Assembly: GCA_051362555.1 (NCBI GenBank)
Contig: CM120643.1
Coordinates: forward strand, 21,580,848-21,644,847
DNA: 64,000 nt
Direction: 5' to 3'
Origin: Lingula anatina
Lineage: Eukaryota; Animalia; Brachiopoda
Shown here one piece after another: positions 53,884-64,000 of the stretch. The position numbers and the translations under genes are program-made. The first letter of the stretch is position 1, and the number at the start of each line of letters is the position of its first letter. The notes beneath the pieces were generated by a model. That model searched no databases. It saw only the letters and a program-made list of their open reading frames with translations, and had not been told where the DNA came from.

Positions 53884-55827
53884 TTAATATTGTGAAGCAA
53901 AACTTATTGGAAGTCATATAATTAAGATATTAGACTGCTTGCTGGAACTTTGCACATATCATCTGCACTATGGAAATCAAATGTTCCATTATGGTATCAT
54001 GAGTTACTGAACTAAAGAGTACGATAATTACCGTAATATATAAGGGCTACAGTTTGCTTTATTGTCCCACAGCTACACAGGCGTCTGTTCTCAGGGATTC
54101 TGGACCACCGCCCAGTCTCTACAGCCAGGTTGTGTAATGATCATCAATGTACAGGGGGGCGTGAACATTTTTGTATACTCCCAAACCCTACCCCTGGCCA
54201 AAGATCATTGCTGCACAATTGTATCTTTCTTTACTATCTTTCAACTTTTTGTTTTCCCAAAGACAAAGAAAAAATATAGGTAGATGCTTGTTTTAATGTG
54301 GAAAAATAATTAGATAAAACTGTATTTATGAGCACTTAATATATTTATTCCTGGATTTGAGGTATTATTATTCTGTTGTATAACAATGAGTCAAGGACTT
54401 TGAAATGTATGGTTTATTATTCCTAGGTTATTCAATCTTCCAGACTGCCAAATGGTTTACTAGGGCAACCCTCAGTGGTTTATAAACATGGGCTTACAGA
54501 AACATTTACCAAAATTTATTTGATTTGCAATCAGTTATTTATTATTAGATAATAAATACCAGCTGGCAGGCAAACAGTTGTATTTGATGAACTTTAAGTT
54601 GAAACTAACTTATAGTGTAGATGGGTCCTTCAGCCAGTTAATAAATACATCCAAGTTTTCAATCTATGGTTTTAATAACACTATTATAATGAGAGTAGAT
54701 GTATGTGTGCAGGGAAGTAAATGTAATACCATTATACTTCAGGTAAAGCATTTGGTGTTGGAAAGTAGACTTGAAGCTTTTATTTATAATTTCTGTATAC
54801 TTATGTACATACCACATTGAAATGTATTGCATTTAAGTTAAGTTGAATCAGTGTTCAATATTATATATATAACAGTATTAAATCATTGAAAGGGAGTGGG
54901 GATGTGTCAATTGCACTGTTCTGTAGCAGTCAAGAGATTGGATAATATAAAGGTGCTTGATGGAATCAAATGAGATTTAATTTGGGAGAAATTTGTGGTG
55001 GCTATGATCAATAATATGTAAATTATATAAAAACAGTTTAATAAATTTTGTTTACATGTAAATGAGAGTGCACATGAAATGAAGACAGGATGGCAATTGT
55101 TGTTAGTCTCTCAGAATAGATTTCAATGTATTGAGGATATTTTGATTGTAAGTTTGTGGAGAAATAAAAATAATCAAGCTTTTAACTTCATCAGAATCTT
55201 TGTAAAACGGTACACTGTGCAAAACAAAAAATCTCAAATTATGTGACCTTTCTCAAAGCACAGCAAATGCTCTGAACTCTTGTGAATGTCAAATTATTTA
55301 TTGGGACTTCAATCAAAATTAATATTTAATATATCCTTTAAAAGTGCAAATATTTTTGAATGTCACATACACTAATGCAAATATCTAGTAGAAATTAAAT
55401 GCAATGTGAACTGTTTTTGGAATGTTGAAAAGCTTTCATGTCCAAGACGAAAGTTTCCACCTGATTTTAAACCAGAGGCAGGTGGTTGGTTTGGGCCCAA
55501 GACTAAATAAACTGATATTTCTTTGAATCACCATGTGGATTTTTCTTATAGTCAACAGTTGTAGTTACAGTGCAGAATGTTGCAAAACATTTACAACCTG
55601 GAATATGTTAAATTTAAACTTTTCATTCATAGATCTTGCTGAATATGTGAACTTGCATACTGAACCTAACAATGGTAATTTCAACAAGACTACCTGTAAA
55701 TGCCAGCTTCATTAAAATCCTTGTGCACTATTAATGTAATTTTTTTAACAAAGGTCAATATATGGGTGAAATCAAAAAAAGACAGTCAATTATAAGCTAC
55801 GTAGCATGCAGCTTGAAATTCTTTGCT

Positions 55828-56421
55828 TTAATGCTTCTTGTAAAACACTGGTTCTGCACGTTGACTCAGGGCCAACACAAAGGCAACATTGCCAACGACT
55901 AGAAGGTAGTGAAACCAGTCCACCCTGGGAAGGTCAAGGGGGCCAAGCCCATCTGTTCCCACAGCCCCAGAGGCCACATATGCTAACGCCCCTGTTAGTG
56001 CGTATGGATTAAACTTTAAAGTACTGAGTATTAACACAGATAATATTGCCACCCCTGTAACAAGCATGGCAGTCTTCTTTCTCAGTTCACCTGACAGGAA
56101 CTTGTGGGATAAGAAATAAGCCACTGGAACTGCTATATTGGCATGGGCTACAATATAAGTTTGGTTATGTTGTGCATAACCTACAGCAACAAACGGAAGA
56201 CCCAATGTAGCACCCAGCCAGGATAATGTAGTGTGTAAACAAATCAACCTTTTACTCGGCCGATTGAAGTAGAACCTTATTGTTCCACAACTGGCTGCCA
56301 TGGCGACAATGAGCAATCCAACTGATGCCATCTTGTTGTGTTGCCATAGAGACCAAGTGCCATGGTAACTGACTAATGCCAGGATGAGGTCAGAGAGAGA
56401 TGTGCTCAACTGGGCTTTCAT
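55828..56421 (-). CDS. TMEM276: TMEM276-like multi-pass membrane protein, 197 aa, single coding exon
   Basis: Hydrophobic ORF with STSLSDLILALVS, GATLGLPFVA, NPYALTGA and RVDWFHYLL, resembling the TMEM276 family from memory. A splice acceptor ttccccctcag lies 35 nt upstream of the ATG. Confidence 0.78.
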   Translation of the reverse strand: MKAQLSTSLSDLILALVSYHGTWSLWQHNKMASVGLLIVAMAASCGTIRFYFNRPSKRLICLHTTLSWLGATLGLPFVAVGYAQHNQTYIVAHANIAVPVAYFLSHKFLSGELRKKTAMLVTGVAILSVLILSTLKFNPYALTGALAYVASGAVGTDGLGPLDLPRVDWFHYLLVVGNVAFVLALSQRAEPVFYKKH

Positions 56422-57399
56422 AATACTGTGAAAGTGTCCAAAGATGTGTTTTCTTTCTGAGGGGGAAAAAGGATAGATATGCTTGGTTCTTGATAAATTA
56501 GTCTGGATCCTGGGATCAGTTAGTTGACTTGTGATGGATGGAGGACTGATGGCCAGTGATCTGGGAGAAAACAGCTTTTACTGCAGTGAAACTCCTGTTA
56601 CCCCTTCATAAAGCTGCTCATCCATGAATGGTTCAAATTTGAGACATCATCTGTTTTTCCTAAAATAAACAAAGCAATAATATATTCCATCAATAGGCCT
56701 TGTTAGACAATTTCATAAAAGATAGGGTTACGTAGATTCTTACTTTGTGATGCCACAAGATGACGTAGGTGACATGGCCTGCAATAACGTTACATCACCA
56801 TAATCGACTGAAAATCCAATTGAATCAGCATGCCACCTAAAGATCAGGCCTACATGTGCACACACACACACACACATACACACACAAGAGACATTACACT
56901 CCAAAGTTGTGCCCAGCTCAGGGCTTGCTTACAGTGACTTAGATGATATCTTCATGTGGGTTACAGTGACCTGGTGACAAATGCAGTAAAATTTAAGTAG
57001 CTGGGTACATAGCAGGCCTGTAGCCAGGGGGGGTTCAGGGGGTTCGAAAGAACCACCCTTTCTGCTGGGAAAAGGTCCACTCTGGGTAAAATTTGACCTA
57101 TGTACTAGTACTTGAGGATTTTATGGTAAAAGGTCCACTTTTTCAGAAAACGACCCCCCTCCCCCTCTGAAATTGCTGGCTAAGGTAAGGCATATTTATT
57201 TAGTTGGATCCTTCTTGAATAACTGACAGTCTAAAAGGGATTAAACTGAAATTTATCAGTTATTTTTTTTTCAAAGCAGCACGTAGAAATCACCATCATA
57301 TCAGCCCCTTTCACTAACAATAGGCCTTTTGCAGCTAGATCCTAGAATCCTAGAATCAAAATTTGAATTGGATGTTCATGCGTAGCTCCTCTCCTTCTT

Positions 57400-58345
57400 A
57401 TGTGGTAGATTCCAAGTTTCTATGGCATTATTAGGTATATCAGAAAAATGTTCAAACTGATCAGAAAATTAAAATACTTATATCATCTGAAAGGTAATGC
57501 AAAAACCGGATGAAATCATTTGGAATTTTTTAAATATTCCTACAAGCAACAAAGATATTGAAGTTTTTAAACTGCAAAAATCCACCAAAAGTGTCCACAC
57601 TTCTCAGCTCAAAACCTGTGCCCACTGACCAGCAGTGATCACTCAGGCGCAGCAGAGCACCCTGTGTGTCTTTGTGTGCTCAGCCTATTGTCTGGCTCAC
57701 ATAGCCTGTGACTAATCAGGGCAAAGCTATTTCCCTGTGATAATTTTCACATCATGTAATATTGCGGATTAAATTAACTATTACTTCACAACCTTCAAAT
57801 TTCATGATTTTTCTACATAATATAGCAAATTTCATAAACTTTGCTGGATATAAATTTCAAAAAGATGATACCAGCACTTGCCAAAATTTTTTAGCATTTT
57901 GTAGAGGCAAAACTTAAAACAAGCAGAACCGAAACTTGTCAAAGACAGAAAACATGGGAAAATCACGTGACCGGATTTTACTCTTTGATTTACAACTTAT
58001 TTAGTTAATGGCTTGTATTAGTTTTTTTACGCGGCGCTAAAAGAGAGATTTAAAAAAGGGGTTCCATAGGCGAACTGTCAGCAGGCCGACTTCAGTTTTA
58101 CACTTCACTGCCCGTGGATAGTTACGACTGTAGCGCCCCTAGCGGATTGTGATCTACCTATAATGGCATTATTTAGGGGGTGAAGTGGTGCAACTTTTGA
58201 CTCATTTTTGAAAGTGGCGTCTGAAACAAATGACAGACTTGGTGTCACTCAAACTTGAATCACTTTTGATCTAAATGAGATGGATTAAAGATTTTAAAGG
58301 TGTATTCATACTGAAAATGTGTCTATCTGTGCAGATCTACCACAT
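57400..58345. mobile_element. Possible old non-autonomous DNA element (Kolobok-like), 11-bp TIR ATGTGGTAGAT
   Basis: atgtggtagat at 57400 and atctaccacat at 58335-58345. The TSD is not intact. Confidence 0.35.
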
Positions 58346-58634
58346 TTCAAGTCTCTAGACCAATTAGAAAAAATCATGTGTGCACCCTACTGTAACAAGT
58401 AAACTTACGTGACTCGTTCGTATCAAATACTTTTCTAAGTCATTAATTAACCATTCCCCTTTTTTACCTAAAATTAAAAATTCATCTATGACTCTCCCGT
58501 CACGTCTGCGACGATAACTTTTTCAGATTCTGCAACCAAACGAGGACAAGGTTACTTTCCGCTGTATAATTTTATTACCTCCTTTCGCAAAAGAACTACT
58601 TAGTACTCAAACAGAACAAACTACAAATCAGGAC

Positions 58635-58812
58635 CAGAACAGATTCAGATTCAGAAGTTTATTGACAATCGCCTACATTCGGGCATGATCAAATACAAAT
58701 ACAAGAAGTAATCCGCAGAGTGATTACCATAAACAGTATGATATACATTATATAATGTGTAGACTAATGGAGGGAAAGTACAAGTGCTACACAATATAGA
58801 TCAATATTTAGG

Positions 58813-58864
<52 letters not shown>
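58635..58864 (-). mobile_element. 3' fragment of non-LTR retroelement, copy 2 (inverted relative to 10115-10324)
   Basis: cagattcagattcagaagtttattgac...aagaagtaatccgcagagtgattaccat... followed by a long poly-A run. Confidence 0.65.
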
Positions 58865-59306
58865 AGCTTAATCAGTGGCGGATTTAGAGAGGGGGGGGGG
58901 GGGTCAGGAGGGCCCTGAACCCCTTTAATTTTGGTATTTAAGAGGGCGAACGGTGCCGTTTGGTAATAAAACACTACGTCAAATAGGCCTACATGGAGCA
59001 ATTTTTGGTGGCCCAGTGGTAACGTCCAACGATCTCCAACGACGGAGTGGTTGCAATTCCCACTTAGTCTCTTTTTTTTCTTTTTTCTTTTTCATTGTTA
59101 TTATTATAAATGTATATTGATATAAAAGACTTTTACACAGTATATAAAGCATATTAGATATAGGCCTACATTTAGGAGCCTAGTATATAAAGAGAATCTA
59201 CAAATCCCTAAATATCAGCTAGCAATATAAATTTCATGATACACCCTACCCATTTATTATTTATCAACACCTAAGGAAAAAAAACTGTCCTTTTATATTG
59301 AAAAAT

Positions 59307-59689
59307 CAGTGTTGGACATAGGTGCCCGTCCGACCTGGTCTGGTAACTTATTCACGAGAAACTTATGAAGCAATCGTCATATTCGTAGTTTTCATAGAAT
59401 TTAATTTCAGAAATTAACTAGAAATTTATATAAAAAGAACCATAAAAGAAACCATAATATATCGTTTTCATTGGCGCAGCCATAATTTTATGTGAATCTC
59501 GCAAGCAAGGGTATGATTTGATAATCGCAGTAATTTCTTAGGGCTTAGCGGACGATTATTTGGAATTTTTTTCATTTATGTCTAATTGCCTTAAATTAAA
59601 CTAAACAATCGGTACACGTGTAGGCCCTAACCTTTTTGAGTTGTCAGTCCTGGTTTCTGGCTGGCATTTTCCACGAATTTCCAACACTG
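59307..59689. mobile_element. hAT-like MITE (383 bp)
   Basis: TIR CAGTGTTGGA / TCCAACACTG, with 8-bp flanks tgaaaaat and tgaaaatt (1 mismatch). Confidence 0.65.
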
Positions 59690-60231
59690 TGAAAATTGCT
59701 CAAAATTGTTGAAATCTGGCAAAATTCGCTATTTCGATCGTCGTTTTTATTTTGATCTGAAGTTCGACGTTTACTCTCTAGGGGCACTTATAGTTCGCAC
59801 GGGATTCGCACGGGGGCGCTTAGTTTTCATACATGTATGAACGATTGAGCAAAGCCATTTACCAGCCATGTACTAACAGTAGAGGCAAAACACACTTCAG
59901 AAAGGCGCAGTTATAAATTTAATATGGTGGGTTGACACATATTAAACTAAAACCATAAATACCAGAAACATTTAATTTAAATGGAAGAAATCACATATTA
60001 CAGCTAAATTCGCATTCAATATATTCATACAGTATACAGCATATAAATAATCTAGTGCAGTTTAGTTGTTTTCGGAAAGTTGTTTTGCAACATGACACCA
60101 TTAAATACACTATATAGAGACGAGACGCCCTGAGTGTATTTAATTATAACCATGATAGTAATAATAGGAAATCCCTACCTACCCCAACATTTTAGGGCTT
60201 GTTACCTTAGCCTTTTGTTAGGCCTTATCAA

Positions 60232-62196
60232 TGTGAACCCGCACGTTAAAAATGAGCCATACTGATTTACAACCCTGGCGGTGTTTCGAGCTTTGGCAGC
60301 AATTTTGGTTTGTTTAGTGAGCATATATGTTTGAATGTTAAGGAATTTGGAGTACGGAGTAAAAAGGATGAGCTAAATACGCATCTTCAAAACGCCTTGG
60401 CAATCTCTTTCGACCCACATAGACTGGCTGCGACTTTACCAAACAACTCGGGCATTCAAACCAATTCCTAGTCTACCACTAGTACCCAAAGATGGTTCAA
60501 CAGGACAGTGCCCACGAGGCCATTTTACTACAGACTTGACATTTAATATGGAATATTTCTTCCAAATCATAATTCATCAGCTTTTTTCCTATTTTGCAGA
60601 CTGATAAATGAAAATAAGGATTAAAATCGTGTTTTAATAACTTTTGATAATCTATTCGATGTCATTGTGACATCAGTTCATTTATTGAATTCGCCCGTGA
60701 AGCAAACAAAAATACAATGCCTATTTTAAGTCATACGAAAACCACTGAAAGCGATATTTTGGATCTGCATATTTTCCAAATTATCGTCTTTAAAAGAGTT
60801 ACACGCCCCACAAAGGCCCCTCGTCAGTGTCTAGTCACAGCAATGGTCGCTGTTACGCGGGACCTCATTTTGCTGCTACCAGAGCTTTCAAGCTGCAAGG
60901 CATTCCTTAGGATAGGTTATTAGAGTTTAATCTGGAATAAAATTCCAGGCAACGGTAAAAACTTGTCCAATTTTGTTCAGTTTTGTTGTAGGACATTCAG
61001 ACCTTTGAATCAGGGAGTAATTACCTACCCACATATTGTTTATGTGGTTCAAATATGGCGATTTTGATGACCAGGGTAGCTGTTCATTCCCTTGGTTCTG
61101 TAAGTTATCTGCTATTAAAAGTGTTCTGTGTGAACCGGCAATCTCATCGTGCAACCTAAAATTGTTCCTAAGATGCCCCTATCATATGATGGTCAAGTGG
61201 TTCCCAGAGTATTCCTTTATTTGATCTGGTTCAGGTTTTCAACGGTGATTTCCATTAGTGTTTAGGCACCAATGTGGTATCCACTCCAAATAGTGACGCT
61301 GTCAATGGTCCTAGTCACTTAAGATGTGGCACACGCCTTGTCGTAGGCCTCTTCAGGATGTTTGTAAACTCTCTTTTGACTAGTTTAGCGGTACGGGTGA
61401 AATCTGACCTCAATAAAGAAAGCTACGCGGTTTCAGTGTTCTACCCAGAAACGGTCATGGTCCCCAATTCATTAAGGAAACAGACTACGCTGTTTTGCTG
61501 TTTACAGTGGCTTCCTCAGAGGTCGCCTGATATCCTAACCTGCTGAAACCATTTTGGTTTTCGCTAAGAGCCTTGAAAAACGCGTTTTGGTGACAATTTG
61601 CCCCTCATTCTAAACGCGTTTTGGTTTAATTGCAGCAGCATATCCTGAAGGACAGCGAGTCCTGTACCCTGGTGGTAAGATGTCGATACACTGGGGGTAG
61701 TCTCTGTGTAGGTGCATCAGTCTGGGCATAAATCTATAAAACTGTGAAGACCATTCCGTTTGATACAATAATCTGTCTGGCAGTGTCTGTCTTTTTCGCG
61801 TCATTCTGGCACAGCTTAACGATTTTATAAAACACTGCTTAACTCATTTTACACACTGCAGAACCGACCGCTTGCATGCAAAATTTCAAATTCTCCAATA
61901 AAGTAGTTGCCGACATATGGATACTTTTTTGACAGAACCATGCTTCATCCACGCCAAGCTTTGACCAGGCCAAAGGAGCACTAGCCAATTAAATCACTGC
62001 ATATTACACAATGCAGCAGTGCAACAGACTTGGTAGTCAATTAATTGGTAGCGACATAGGTATACCTTTAAAATTGAAAAAATTGAAACATTCCATATTA
62101 AATGTCAAGTCTGTATATGATTCAGTTGAACTTTTCTTGTCCTCCAGATTCAAATGAAAGTAAGTTGGCACAGTCTCAAAGTCGAGCCGCTGGCGA
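60232..62196 (+). pseudogene. Partial tandem duplicate of the GT32 gene 5' end (60232-60530 + 62114-62196), split by a Tc1-like element
   Basis: Aligns to 62410-62816. ATG is changed to CTG, with indels. The sequence resumes exactly across the transposon (ttttacTA|tatgattcag vs ttttaccatatgattcag). Confidence 0.85.
60531..62113 (-). mobile_element. Degenerate Tc1/mariner transposon, 1583 bp
   Basis: TA TSD and a 24-bp perfect TIR cagacttgacatttaatatggaat. The minus-strand remnant LPWSSKSPYLNHINNMW resembles the Tc1 motif WPxxSPDLNPIExxW. Confidence 0.9.
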
Positions 62197-62452
62197 CGAG
62201 GCGCCATTACGTAAGAATGGGGTGAAGACCGTGAAATGGTGGCTGCGTCATTACGCCAAATGTAGATATTTTTGTTGTTGATGACTTCAGGGAGGTCGAT
62301 ATTTTGTTTTTGATGACGTAAGAGGTCATATATAGTTTTATCACATCTTCTATGCCAATGATGTAATAATTCATGATATACTTATTTAAAATTTATCAAC
62401 ACTTTGTATTGTGAACCCGCATGTTAAAAATGAGCCATATTGATTTAGAACA

Positions 62453-63955
62453 ATGGCGGTGTTTCGAGGACACTTAAGGAGAAGAGTTTTGGTAGTAATT
62501 TTGCTTTGTTTAGTGAGCATATGTGTTTGGATGTCGAGGAATTTGAAATCAGTACAGCGTAAAAAGGATGAGCTAAATACGTATCTTCAAAACGCCTTGC
62601 CAATCTCTCTGGACCCACGGGCTGCGACTTTACCAAACAATTCGGGAATTCAAACATATTCCTTGTCTAGCACGAGTACCCAAAGATGGTTCAACAGGAC
62701 AGTGCCCACGAGGCCATTTTACCATATGATTCAGTTAAACTTTTCTTGTCCTCCAGATTCAAATGAAAGTAAGTTGGCACAGTTACGAAAATCGTCTCAA
62801 ACTCGAGCCGCTGGCGTTCCAATAATCCCTAGGATTATACACCAATCATGGAGAAATAAAGATTTGCCAGTGCAATTTGCCAAATGGCAACAAAGTTGGA
62901 GAGTTTGCTTTCCCGACTGGGAATTTAAATTCTGGACGGACGAAGATAACCGTTCTTTCATCCACGCACACTACCCCTGGTTCTTAACGACATATGACAG
63001 TTATTCGCACAATATCAAAAGGGCAGACGCTGCGCGTTACTTTTATCTCTATCATTATGGAGGGATTTACGTGGATCTAGATTATGAATGCATCAAACCG
63101 TTTGAACATCTCCTTGTAAAAGACTTAATATTTGAATCAACTGACATACGGCTCGAGGGGAATATGTACCCACGTAATCCATACATCCAAAACTCTCTTA
63201 TGATTTCACGTTCGCGGCACCCTTTCTGGAAACTGGTAATTTAATTTTGTTAAGCAGAAAATCTTTTTTAAAAATGAAATTTAACTCATATTGACTCTTT
63301 TTCTATTTCTTTTCTTTTTTATTGTTTCATTAAAGTTTAAACTCTTAAGTACTGTATTACTATTAAAAAGGGATATCATATAAAATAGAAGCATCCTTTA
63401 AAATATGTCGCTGCTGAACGCACTGGTCCGGTCAAAGTTATATGTGTATGGTGTGTAATAAGAGCATGTTATCCCGCCCATTAGGTATCCCCTGCGTAGG
63501 CATGAATGAATGACTTTGGTTCTTATGTTTTTATTCAGGCGTGTTCCTACTTTTTATTGAAATTTGCTTCAAGATACAGCGTAAAAACAGAATTATATCG
63601 TAAGTCGAGGTCATCATGTAGGCCTACTTTTATACATCTCTTTTTTTTTCAGCTGTGGCAAGATCTACTGACACACACTAAAAAGGCTTTGAAACCTGAC
63701 TTAGCCACAGGTCCAAAAAGACTAATGGCTGCCATAAAAAAATACACCATGTACAACGAAGATTATTTAGTGTACCCTCCTTGCTACTTTAACCCTTTCC
63801 CTTGGGGACAGAATCTAACACACTGCAAGACTCTCAACCGGATGACGGATCAAGAGGTGACTGCATGCAAAGCCCATTATCCGCATGCATACACTATAAC
63901 ATTTCATGCTCAGTCTTGGTTAGCTGGAAAGAAAAATCTCATTTTCACTGATTAG
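62453..63955 (+). CDS. GT32 DxD glycosyltransferase, SUR1/CSH1 (IPC mannosyltransferase)-like type II membrane protein, 361 aa
   Basis: Exons 62453-63235 and 63653-63955 (GT-AG, phase 0). N-terminal basic tail + TM, IPRIIHQSW, WTDED, RADAARYFYLYHYGGIYVDLD, HPFW, ATGP, HAQSW. Confidence 0.9.
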
Positions 63956-64000
63956 TTTATATTGACAGCGCTTTACTGGAGCCTGGGTCACAGAAGCCTC

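Noticed and set aside
59005-59070. tRNA-like A box (GGTGGCCCAGTGGTAA) and degenerate B box
   Set aside because: No complete cloverleaf. At most a decayed SINE head.

Overview
AT-rich, intron-rich animal genomic DNA. It is probably a lophotrochozoan such as a mollusc, inferred from the gene set and repeat types. Six protein-coding genes were spliced by eye. (1) The first coding exon of a junctophilin (- strand), whose intron then fills bases 1-17745. (2) A 5-exon, 172-aa secreted protein with two tandem VWC-like Cys-rich modules. (3) A complete 7-exon TMEM231 (-). (4) A complete 18-exon SAC1/SACM1L PI4P phosphatase (+), head-to-head with TMEM231 across 257 bp. (5) A TMEM276-like multi-pass membrane protein (-). 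(6) A 2-exon SUR1/CSH1-like GT32 (DxD) glycosyltransferase, preceded by a dead partial duplicate split by a Tc1-like transposon. Both head-to-head genes carry one minor-spliceosome (U12) intron: AT-AC in TMEM231 and GT-AG in SAC1. A Helentron/HINE-like element with 161-bp tandem arrays occupies three introns, nests inside itself, has captured a MITE, and ends about 10 nt from a SAC1 splice acceptor. All coordinates and family calls come from manual reading and recall, with no database searches. I found no prokaryote-type system such as CRISPR.
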